A stretch of DNA of 33,660 nt from a virus (lineage: Duplodnaviria > Caudoviricetes), in IMG/VR virus record IMGVR_UViG_3300037465_000359, positions 1 to 33,660 of that record; one strand, given 5' to 3'. A model generated the notes under the pieces. It was not told where the DNA came from. It made no database searches and worked only from the letters and a program-made list of their open reading frames with translations. Shown in pieces: positions 25,874 through 33,660 of the stretch; the first letter of the stretch is position 1; every line of letters begins with the position of its first letter. Both the position numbers and the translations under genes were made by a program.

Positions 25874-26574
25874 CGCAACACGCCTGCATTAGGGAGGTTG
25901 CCTAGCACCACTACACTCAACTCGATCAATTCGGTGAATCCATCTTTAATTGCATATGGCGCGGGATCTGGATGGCTTTCGTAAGGGATGGGAATCGTGT
26001 GCGGACAGGATGGATCGCTAAAAGATACGTTACACAATGGACAGATTAGCCCACTTAAAGCCCCTGATGGCGTGATCCTGATTCCGCCTGTACTGCAATT
26101 TTGATAAACGCCAGAAGCAATGTACTCAAGCGTTTTGGAATCCGATGGAAAGAATACATCTATTTCTAAAGTGATGTACCCAGAATCCCTGCGCATCTGG
26201 CTTAGATTGCAGTCCCTTTGCCCGATCGCGTCAATCACCTCACTAGGTGCGTCCGCATACCGCACTATACGCGAGTCAAAAATCACGCCCTGCACATCCT
26301 CGCAATCCCACCAATCGTGATCCATGAGTAACGATTTACCATAGGAGGAAGCAGCCATACCCTGCAAACAGCCAAGACTCCAAGCCATAAGGTCTCTGTT
26401 TACAAAATTATCACTTGCTACGAAAGTTACATATCGAAAATCTTTTGGCTTGGGGTCTTCCGATCCGTACGGCAGGAGTGCGGCAATTTTTGCCATTTGT
26501 TGTTCGTCTGGGATTCCAATCGCTGGGCGCGAGATCGGACGCATATCAAGCAGAACTCTTGAGGTGATCGCCAT
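25870..26574 (-). CDS. Prohead (capsid maturation) protease
   Basis: SLLMDHDW (His), CSTGG (Ser), ELSVVVLG (Glu) pattern of HK97/SH-type proteases, with a CPLC..C.H insert. Confidence 0.75.
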   Translation of the reverse strand: MAITSRVLLDMRPISRPAIGIPDEQQMAKIAALLPYGSEDPKPKDFRYVTFVASDNFVNRDLMAWSLGCLQGMAASSYGKSLLMDHDWWDCEDVQGVIFDSRIVRYADAPSEVIDAIGQRDCNLSQMRRDSGYITLEIDVFFPSDSKTLEYIASGVYQNCSTGGIRITPSGALSGLICPLCNVSFSDPSCPHTIPIPYESHPDPAPYAIKDGFTELIELSVVVLGNLPNAGVLR

Positions 26575-26629
26575 ATTTTTTTTTGTTTTGCACTAAGCTT
26601 AATGGTAATCGGTAACCCCAAACAAAAAT

Positions 26630-27916
26630 ATGTATCTGTTTAGTCCAGGTAGAAACTCTCTTTTTGAAAACATCAAGCGGGCAATTTACCGTTTTTTTAA
26701 TCCCAACACGATCGCAGGACAACAGCGATCTATCACGCAGGTTGCCAGAGTTAATCCGCGCAACTGGGATCTGGAAATAAAAGAGTACCCAATCCGATCG
26801 CCTAGCGAAGCGAGGGCAATACTCAAGATCGAAAATTACGTACCTGAGACGGCAACAGCCCTGAACATATTAGCGACCGATGTTATCGCGTCCATTGATG
26901 GCGATGATGTCGGCGTTACCGTATCCCCCGAACTGTCGGATGGGACGGCGATCGATCCAGAGGTTTATGAAATTGTTTTAAAGGTTTGCCAAGAGTACTT
27001 TTCTTCCAATTTCTTGAGTAATACAGTTGAGCGCATGGTTGGAAGGGGCGATCATTTTGTTTCGATTGGGATTGATCGTGTGTATCAAGGGAGCGGTTAT
27101 GAAATTGTAAAGTTACTACCCTTACCTACTTGGGAGATGTTCCGATTGGAAGACGATAAGGGTTCGCTGTTGGGGTTTGAGCAGCGGCGCTTTGTTTACA
27201 GTAACGGCACAATGGGCGAAGATCGGATCAGCTTTAATCCAATTCAGATCGCTCATTTCCGATTTCGCCAAGAGTGGCTTTATGGGCGATCGCTATGGCT
27301 GTCATCTCTTACTACTGATCTCCCAAAACTTGAGAAGGCTATTGACGCCCTCTACGAGGCATGTATGGCGATTGGTTACAATCCAAACGTTCATGTCATG
27401 CCGCCTGAGATGGAGAAGATTGACTTCGACGCATACAAGGACAGCTACGAAGCCAAAAAGCAGGAAGGAGTTATCACTGATCTGTATATGCTCAACGGCG
27501 GTGTGATCCAGAAGTTGCAGGGACAGACCGATATCAGTGCCCTAATCACTCAAGTTGAACTTTACCGTAAACGGATCATAATGCCATCAATGATCCCTTT
27601 ATGGCGCTTCGCGGGTTTTGAGCAGAGTGCAGCACAGGATATTGCAGGACAACCCGCATTGGCGTACGCTCGGTTTATTAATGGCGTACGTGGTCAACTC
27701 GTTAGCGGGCTAAAAGAGATTGTAGACGTACAATTAGTGCTAAAGCTTGGCTACGACGCATTCTTAGCACGAGCTAAGGATAAATATCGGTTAATTTTTC
27801 CAAAAATTTCTGTCAGTCAATACGATGGGGTTTCCGACGAAAGCAGCGATCTTGGTTTTGAGGATTTGGATTCGGCGATCGCGTGGAGCAAAATCCCAAT
27901 CCAAGCGCGGCGCTAA
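26630..27916 (+). CDS. Portal protein
   Basis: 428 aa; GDHFV, F.P.QIAHFR...LYGRSL portal motifs; between terminase and protease but on the opposite strand. Confidence 0.8.
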   Translation: MYLFSPGRNSLFENIKRAIYRFFNPNTIAGQQRSITQVARVNPRNWDLEIKEYPIRSPSEARAILKIENYVPETATALNILATDVIASIDGDDVGVTVSPELSDGTAIDPEVYEIVLKVCQEYFSSNFLSNTVERMVGRGDHFVSIGIDRVYQGSGYEIVKLLPLPTWEMFRLEDDKGSLLGFEQRRFVYSNGTMGEDRISFNPIQIAHFRFRQEWLYGRSLWLSSLTTDLPKLEKAIDALYEACMAIGYNPNVHVMPPEMEKIDFDAYKDSYEAKKQEGVITDLYMLNGGVIQKLQGQTDISALITQVELYRKRIIMPSMIPLWRFAGFEQSAAQDIAGQPALAYARFINGVRGQLVSGLKEIVDVQLVLKLGYDAFLARAKDKYRLIFPKISVSQYDGVSDESSDLGFEDLDSAIAWSKIPIQARR

Positions 27917-29299
27917 TCAGTAAGGCGCAAACAGCCTAACCTTACCCTCAATCGTTCCAACCGCATAGCGAATACAGTCTATCCCATGCGTTGATTGTCC
28001 GTCCTTGGCTTCTTCTTCTAAAATATTTCCGTACCTGTCTTTGGCTCTGTGATAGTTTTGTAGCTCTTCAAACAGTTTAGGTAATTGCGTAGATACAAGG
28101 ATTCTTTTGTGGTAGAAATTAGAACTTAGGATATTTATCCCTTGAAAAAATTGGTTTATCGCGCCCTTTGCCGAAACAAGACTCGGAGCGTGTTTTTTGA
28201 GTGCTTTGATAGCATCGGGGCGGGATGGATCACAAAATATAGCAGACACTTGCCAGCGCTGAGCGAGGCGATCGCACTCATCTCTAAACCTATCTTCCAG
28301 TATTGCCGTTCCTTGCTCCGCTTCTGGTACGCGCCATTCGTCCACAATCCACCACCGATACGCCGTTCCGTCGTGTTTGTATCCGCAAACTGTCGCGCGA
28401 GGATTTACTGCACCCCAGTCTACGCCCATAACGTAGCGATCGCATTTTGGGATAGAACTGGGATCTACTAAGTGTGTTTGTTCGGTAAGTGTTTCGAAAA
28501 ATTGTCCTTCAAAAACCACAAAATCAGCCAACATCTCTTGAGCAAATATACGAGGATGTAGGGATTTTTCAAGCCGAGCCAGCTCGTCACGAGGGAAAAA
28601 CGGATTATCAGACGTGCGAAATCTGAAAGCCTGCCAAGACGGGTTTTCGGAAGCCTGTTGGTATCTGTGATAAGTGTGGTTAGCTTTGCCTTTTGGGGTG
28701 CATGTAAATAGTGCCGTGCTACCCAATAAATCACCCATTGCTGGGGCGACAATTTCATCAAAAATTGAAGGAATCCAATCTTGCCACTCGTCGCCCCCGA
28801 TATGCCAAATTTTTAATCCGCGCGCGCGATCGCCATTGTTATTGTTGATGCCCATAACGGTTAAATCTGGCATGTAATACCGATATGGATCTGGATTGTT
28901 AAACCGGATCACAAACTCAGACTTATTGATCCCATTGGGAGCTACAGCGGGATGATCGCGCAAAAGGTTCACAAGTGGATTCCAAAGCAACCGACGCGCC
29001 ATTGGGAAGGTAGGCGCAGCTAGGACGACAACAGGCGGCGATGCGGGGTTATAGGGAGCGCCAACAGCGACACGTTTAAGGGCTTGACGTATTTGTAAAA
29101 CGGTTTTCCCGAAGCGGCGTCCTGATACCGTCAAGACGTACTTAGCTGTCGATTGGCAAATCAGTTTCTGTAGGGGATGCAGGCTGATCGTCTTGCGTGT
29201 CGAACAGATTACTGAGGGGAGACATAGATCTCTCTGATTCTGCCCCAACCATTGACGAGTTTTGAGACTCAAGCCCCTCTGCGATAACTCGATAGCCAC
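27917..29299 (-). CDS. terL: Terminase large subunit
   Basis: LHPLQ, Walker A SGRRFGKT, Walker B GGDEW, CTPKG coupling motif, nuclease GVDWG, CDPS, HGIDCIRY. Start codon uncertain. Confidence 0.95.
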   Translation of the reverse strand: MAIELSQRGLSLKTRQWLGQNQRDLCLPSVICSTRKTISLHPLQKLICQSTAKYVLTVSGRRFGKTVLQIRQALKRVAVGAPYNPASPPVVVLAAPTFPMARRLLWNPLVNLLRDHPAVAPNGINKSEFVIRFNNPDPYRYYMPDLTVMGINNNNGDRARGLKIWHIGGDEWQDWIPSIFDEIVAPAMGDLLGSTALFTCTPKGKANHTYHRYQQASENPSWQAFRFRTSDNPFFPRDELARLEKSLHPRIFAQEMLADFVVFEGQFFETLTEQTHLVDPSSIPKCDRYVMGVDWGAVNPRATVCGYKHDGTAYRWWIVDEWRVPEAEQGTAILEDRFRDECDRLAQRWQVSAIFCDPSRPDAIKALKKHAPSLVSAKGAINQFFQGINILSSNFYHKRILVSTQLPKLFEELQNYHRAKDRYGNILEEEAKDGQSTHGIDCIRYAVGTIEGKVRLFAPY

Positions 29300-29657
29300 G
29301 GGATTTCAACTCGTTTAATAATTCTTCGTCGGTTTTTGAGTAACAGCCTTGGATTTTGGCGATTGAATCTAGGGTTTGTAGTGCAATCGCCCAACGCTTC
29401 TCTTTAAACGCATTGTAGTAAATTTCTTTCCTTTGCGCGATCGCTTCCGCCTTAAATTCTTCGCGATTGGTTTTTGCTTCATCGAGGAATTTTTCTCTCG
29501 CCTCAGCGATCATGGCATCAGTAGTGGATACCTTAATCCCCCAGTTTTTAGCGGCATACTCTAGAATTCGGGTACGCGACGAACCCATAATCAAGAGTTT
29601 ATAGATCTCAGTGATTCGACGTTCTCTTTCTACGATTGTTGGTTTTTGCGCTGCCAT
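29142..29657 (-). CDS. Putative terminase small subunit
   Basis: N-terminal HTH (RITEIYKLLIMGSSRTRILEYAAKNWGIKVST), helical middle, A...LD.IAKIQG; immediately upstream of terL. Confidence 0.7.
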   Translation of the reverse strand: MAAQKPTIVERERRITEIYKLLIMGSSRTRILEYAAKNWGIKVSTTDAMIAEAREKFLDEAKTNREEFKAEAIAQRKEIYYNAFKEKRWAIALQTLDSIAKIQGCYSKTDEELLNELKSRGYRVIAEGLESQNSSMVGAESERSMSPLSNLFDTQDDQPASPTETDLPIDS

Positions 29658-29686
29658 GTGATTGCTCCGATAAAACCGTCCGAGGA

Positions 29687-30178
29687 TTACGTGTACTTAT
29701 CTAGCTCGGTTAGCGTGATTTGAGGTTGATAAAACTTTGCGCCAGTGTTGTATTTCCAGTCAATCGCCATACCTACTTTAAATTTAGCGTAGTAGGAGAT
29801 AAATCCATCACCCTCACTAGTGGCACTGGCTGCGGTTTTTTGACGTGTCGGGCTAGCGGCAATCTCTCGGTAAAGTTCAACTTCGTCGGTCAAGATAATG
29901 CCCGTGAAAGTTTTTGTTTCGAGCTGTGATCGCTGCAAAGCTTGAATCTTCCTAAGTGTGATTACCCCTTCTGGGGTTAACAAAGACTCAAAAATCCACA
30001 GGTATTTCTCCTCGCTCGCTGCCGCTTTTGCGATCGCGGTCTGACTGGAAGAGTAGGTAAATGCAGGCACTTGTTCCTTAATGGGGATTCGAGGCTCAGC
30101 GCGAACGATTGAATTTAGGCATTGCCCAAACTGAATGGAAACGGTGCTGAGTGCGAGTGTGTACTTTCTGGTAGCCAT
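29687..30178 (-). CDS. Putative distal-tail-like structural protein
   Basis: 163 aa ending ITLTEL, in the virion joining cluster; assignment from size, context and C-terminal pattern only. Confidence 0.4.
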   Translation of the reverse strand: MATRKYTLALSTVSIQFGQCLNSIVRAEPRIPIKEQVPAFTYSSSQTAIAKAAASEEKYLWIFESLLTPEGVITLRKIQALQRSQLETKTFTGIILTDEVELYREIAASPTRQKTAASATSEGDGFISYYAKFKVGMAIDWKYNTGAKFYQPQITLTELDKYT

Positions 30179-30585
30179 TACGTTCTGAATACCCCTGACA
30201 CTTTGCGAAATGTTTTGACCGTGGCATCAACCAGCGGATCGGAGTCAATCAGCATGGCTGTAAAAATTCCCTCGCGATCGCGATCAGCTTGCGCCCAAGT
30301 CATGCTGTATTTAGAGCCTACCTCCAAATTACAGGACACCGTGCTATCCAGATAAAGTTCTAACGGATATGCGTTGTAATCCTTACCTAGTCCGATTTGT
30401 TCACGGCGAGGATCGCTGACTGGGATTAGTCGGGCAAATACTTGTAGACAAGTTTCTTGCTCGAAAAACTGAGGATTGCCATCAGCGTCAGTCCCCCCCG
30501 TATCAGCCAAGCGCTTGATCTTAAGTGAGCAGTTTTTTGATGCGCCAAAAGGAGGAGTTAGATCGATCACTGTAAATACCTCCAC
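30178..30585 (-). CDS. Putative head-closure protein
   Basis: 135 aa with a GGTDADGNP hairpin motif typical of head-closure proteins; in the neck gene cluster. Confidence 0.5.
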   Translation of the reverse strand: MEVFTVIDLTPPFGASKNCSLKIKRLADTGGTDADGNPQFFEQETCLQVFARLIPVSDPRREQIGLGKDYNAYPLELYLDSTVSCNLEVGSKYSMTWAQADRDREGIFTAMLIDSDPLVDATVKTFRKVSGVFRT

Positions 30586-30656
30586 AAAGTACTATCCCAA
30601 TGCGATCGCCATCTACAGGCGCAGACCACCGCGATAGGGATTGCGAAAACCTAGAG

Positions 30657-31070
30657 CTAGTCATAAATATGCCTCCTTAACCTCAAACGCGCCTTAGCTC
30701 TAGCTTCCTGACTAAATCCAAGGAACGGACGAACCTCGGCAACAAAACCAGCATATCCACTAGCTTTACCCGTAACACCGATGCTCACAACGCGCCGATC
30801 CACCTTCACGACAGCGATTCCCTTTCGTAGGAAATCGAACTGTCTCAGGATCGTGAGATACGCGCCTAATTGTTGCTTGCGCTTAATTGTCGAGGGTGAC
30901 AGCGCCTTCCACGCGGCTCTAGTGTCAGGATCGCCTCCCTCGTCGAGGATGTTCTGGCGCAAATCCTCGACTACATCTGCACCAATATCTGGCAGTACGT
31001 CACCGATCGTCGTGAGTTTGGCGGCAAGTTTTGAGGCAAATGGCGATCGCTGCTTAAACTGAAAATCCAT
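30657..31070 (-). CDS. Virion morphogenesis / tail completion protein (Mu gpG-like)
   Basis: WKALSPSTIKRK...IL....LR...YA...RPFLG. Confidence 0.8.
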   Translation of the reverse strand: MDFQFKQRSPFASKLAAKLTTIGDVLPDIGADVVEDLRQNILDEGGDPDTRAAWKALSPSTIKRKQQLGAYLTILRQFDFLRKGIAVVKVDRRVVSIGVTGKASGYAGFVAEVRPFLGFSQEARAKARLRLRRHIYD

Positions 31071-31505
31071 TTATCCAACCTCGCAAACTTGCGCCAACAC
31101 GTCAAGAATAACGACCGCAACATAAGCATCGGGATTGCCGTCTGGCTCTGGCTGCCTCACGTTCTGGATCGACAGTCCATGCGAAATTGCTTCAACGGCA
31201 GGTAATAGGGATACATATGGCTCCCAACTGCGAAGAAGGATTGAGTATCTTGTTTCGACGGCAGCCTGACTATTGAGCAGCGGTTGCACGTCAATCCGAT
31301 TGGCATCAATAATCAAACACTCAATGCCCGTTGCAGCAACATCCTTGCCGTCGATCTTTTCGGGTGGGTAGCTGTAGTCAAGCTGAGCATGGGGGAGTGA
31401 GGCGATCGCGCGTTGCCAGTTGATCCCGCCCACCGTATACCAGCCAAGTAAATTGGCGGCGGTCAGGCGATCATAGCAGTGCTGCCTAAGCTCTTCGCGG
31501 GTCAC
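31071..31505 (-). CDS. Putative tail terminator
   Basis: 144 aa, adjacent to the tail completion gene; context-based. Confidence 0.45.
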   Translation of the reverse strand: MTREELRQHCYDRLTAANLLGWYTVGGINWQRAIASLPHAQLDYSYPPEKIDGKDVAATGIECLIIDANRIDVQPLLNSQAAVETRYSILLRSWEPYVSLLPAVEAISHGLSIQNVRQPEPDGNPDAYVAVVILDVLAQVCEVG

Positions 31506-31699
31506 AAGTACCTCTTTACGCTACGGTTTTGTGTTTGTAGCTTAATCTGAGATTGCGATCGCGACTCTACGAAATAAACAATCGCAAACTTGATCGCCTT
31601 AGATTTGTCCCCACGCGGGACATGCAAAGGTAGAGCGTTAAACAACGCCTGCATCAGATCTTCCTCTATTCTTACTGAGTGCGAGGGAGAACGCGCCAT
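31502..31699 (-). CDS. Ribbon-helix-helix regulator
   Basis: MARSPSHSVRIEEDLMQAL...KSKAIKFAI strand-helix-helix pattern; likely start ATG 31699. Confidence 0.6.
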   Translation of the reverse strand: MARSPSHSVRIEEDLMQALFNALPLHVPRGDKSKAIKFAIVYFVESRSQSQIKLQTQNRSVKRYL

Positions 31700-31803
31700 C
31701 GGTAATACCCGTGCAAGACCACTGTAAGACCCTTCGATCATACAACAAGCCAGACGGAGGACAATAAATAGGACTCCAATACCACACAGTAGGGGGGGAT
31801 AAG

Positions 31804-32535
31804 ATGACCACTTGCCCTGTTTATTCGTTAAGCAATGGCACTAAAATTTATTTTGCACCGCTCGCGGTAGGGAGTTGTGCCGAGCCAGAGAAATTTACTT
31901 TTGTCGTCAAAACAGCGGCAATCAAAGGCGCGACAAGCCTTGAGATTACAGCCACAACAACAACGGCTTCAAAGGCGATCTCGATCCCTGCGAACACTTA
32001 TATCACGGTCACAACTGCCGCAGGCTTAGCTGTACCTGTTTTGGTGACAGCAGCAGCTTCTGGCACCACAGACAGCTCTGCGCCATTCACGGCTGACCTC
32101 ACACTAACTGTTAGCGCTCTCTATGCCGCGTTAGCAGTTGGTGCTAGTGGACAATTTCCCGAAGTTCTGACTGGTCGTTCTAAGGCGTCGATCGCGCGAA
32201 CCGGTGTCACAGAGGAGATTGTCAACTTTGAAAGTGTTTACTACACCGCAAAAGTTGGGACAAGCGGATCATGGGCTGTTTCTGCTGATGGGCAGTTTCA
32301 GATCACTGCGCCGTATCTCAATGCGCAGTACGTCAAAGAGAATGCAGGTAAAGGATTTCTTGAAATCGTGCTACCTAGTACCAATGCCGAACTCTATTCG
32401 GTGGGTGCGATATACAAAGGAGAGGTTGTCGTAGGTGACATGCCGATTGATCTAGAACCCAAAAAGCCGATTATTGGCAACATCGCTTTTGAAGGTGCAG
32501 GCGATCTTGTCTTTATTCCCCCTGTTGCTGCCTAA
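31804..32535 (+). CDS. Major tail (tube) protein
   Basis: 243 aa Ala/Thr-rich; GTKIYF N-terminus, SWAVSADG, C-terminal F.G.G; precedes chaperones and tape measure. Confidence 0.75.
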   Translation: MTTCPVYSLSNGTKIYFAPLAVGSCAEPEKFTFVVKTAAIKGATSLEITATTTTASKAISIPANTYITVTTAAGLAVPVLVTAAASGTTDSSAPFTADLTLTVSALYAALAVGASGQFPEVLTGRSKASIARTGVTEEIVNFESVYYTAKVGTSGSWAVSADGQFQITAPYLNAQYVKENAGKGFLEIVLPSTNAELYSVGAIYKGEVVVGDMPIDLEPKKPIIGNIAFEGAGDLVFIPPVAA

Positions 32536-32750
32536 TGCTGGAACGGTTGACTAATCGCGAGATCGCGTGTGTTGGTTGTTTTCCCGTAGAGGATGGTTTT
32601 GAGGTCGCAATCGTGACACTCGAACATCCTCTACCAGAGGGGGCGATCGCCACACTCTACGACGAGAACGAGAAAACCTACACCGTTAAGATTCCGCCAA
32701 TCAATTCTTTAAACGCTTACGAGATTAAAATCGAACATGCTTGTATTTGA
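32535..32750 (+). CDS. Hypothetical protein in the tail operon
   Basis: 71 aa, TAATG-coupled to the major tail gene. Confidence 0.6.
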   Translation: MLERLTNREIACVGCFPVEDGFEVAIVTLEHPLPEGAIATLYDENEKTYTVKIPPINSLNAYEIKIEHACI

Positions 32751-33198
32751 CGAAAAGCCACTCCTAGAACCAATTATCATTAAAGGGTTGAAAACACCTA
32801 TCCCCCAGCTTGGTTACACGACCGTAAAAGAGGAGGCGGCGATTGATGAGGTTAGGGCAGCGATCACGACGGATAACAGCGATAACACTTTTTTTTGGTG
32901 TAGGTTGCTATCAGCATGGCTATCGGTTCGACTAAAGAGTCCAATTAAAGACGACTTACTTGATGCACCTAGAGCCATTCTTGACGAATTGAGGAATTTC
33001 TATCTAAGAGAGAGGAGCGCGGGACAGTCCCCTTTAGAAGAGGCGATCGAAAAAATGATCGCAGAAAACCTCAAACTTCAGAGAACGATCACGGAACTGA
33101 CCGAAGAGCGCGATCACCTGAAGACGTTGATAGGGACTGGAACAACATCTACTGGCGAATCAGACGACACTATCCCAGTGACCCAAGATTCTCACTAA
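32737..33198 (+). CDS. Tail assembly chaperone (gpG-like)
   Basis: Position between major tail and tape measure; overlapped by a long open -1 frame. Confidence 0.65.
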   Translation: MLVFDEKPLLEPIIIKGLKTPIPQLGYTTVKEEAAIDEVRAAITTDNSDNTFFWCRLLSAWLSVRLKSPIKDDLLDAPRAILDELRNFYLRERSAGQSPLEEAIEKMIAENLKLQRTITELTEERDHLKTLIGTGTTSTGESDDTIPVTQDSH

Positions 33199-33212
33199 GC
33201 GAATTTGGTGAT

Positions 33213-33515
33213 TTGCCTTACTACGTGTTCGAGTCAGTTTGGGAATGGATTTGTGATTACGAACTGGAGCAAGCATCGCTAATATCCACACCGATCGCGC
33301 GGGCAGTCGTCTCAACAAACGAATTCAAAGACAGGGAGGGTGCTTATAGGGGTCTGGCTTACGAACAGACTCAACTCAGGCGAAAGCAGGCTCTAGGCAA
33401 GGTAGACAAAGATATGGCACAGCTCTATCTGAAGTTACTGAACGATGTTGAGCTACCTCTTTGGGCGCTTCAGAATTGCGAGTACGAAATCTTACAAATT
33501 GCAGCAGAGGAATAA
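33213..33515 (+). CDS. Tail assembly chaperone extension (gpT-like), probably reached by -1 frameshift
   Basis: Only a TTG start; frame is open upstream through RDWNNIYWRIRRHYPSDPRF back past 33030; -1 relative to 32737..33198. Confidence 0.6.
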   Translation: MPYYVFESVWEWICDYELEQASLISTPIARAVVSTNEFKDREGAYRGLAYEQTQLRRKQALGKVDKDMAQLYLKLLNDVELPLWALQNCEYEILQIAAEE

Positions 33516-33518
33516 CGC

Positions 33519-33660
33519 ATGGCAACAGCAGAGCAGTATCAGATCGACATAATCCTAGGTGGTACTGATGTCGCTCTAGCTAAGCTTCGCGAGCTACAAA
33601 CGGCTGCCAGCAATATTGGCAAAAACGCACCGGTTGGAGGAGATGGAAAGAACCTTGATC
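33519..33660 (+). CDS. N-terminus of the tape measure protein (runs off the window end)
   Basis: ATG 33519, MATAEQYQIDIILGGTDVALAKLRELQ...KNLD, no stop; GAGGA upstream. Confidence 0.8.
   Translation, partial: MATAEQYQIDIILGGTDVALAKLRELQTAASNIGKNAPVGGDGKNLD

Larger units (their letters stand above)
1..33660. mobile_element. Cyanobacterial siphovirus-like phage or phage-plasmid genome
   Basis: Complete head, tail, lysis and replication gene set; no sheath gene; no flanking host genes; HIP1-rich. Confidence 0.88.

Noticed and set aside
1-33660. tRNA/rRNA genes, integrase, transposase, tail sheath
   Set aside because: None recognised by eye; intergenic gaps are short. A covariance-model and HMM scan would be needed to exclude them formally.

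Overview
The window looks like an essentially complete ~33.66 kb genome of a long-tailed (siphovirus-like) cyanophage or phage-plasmid, opened inside the tape-measure gene. That gene starts at 33519, runs off the right end and resumes in frame at base 1 if the two terminal C's are the same base. A cyanobacterial host is indicated by very dense HIP1 octamers (GCGATCGC) and a cyanobacterial-type dcd. Modules: tail genes (+); a Zn-finger/TOPRIM/VapE primase-helicase followed by a symmetric iteron-like origin; VRR-NUC nuclease; dCTP deaminase; an HTH/membrane-protein/FtsK-like ATPase operon; a Gp3/RDF-like protein; GH19 endolysin with a small holin candidate; fibre/decoration genes; capsid, protease, an inverted portal, terminase and head-tail joining genes. 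No integrase, sheath, reverse transcriptase or CRISPR array was seen. The most striking item is a self-contained cassette inserted in the tail operon: near-consensus promoter with paired operators, a Csx3/Crn3 cA4 ring nuclease homologue, a small RHH-like protein and a terminator. It has the architecture of an anti-CRISPR (anti-type III) acr-aca operon. All family calls come from motif recognition by eye, not from database searches.
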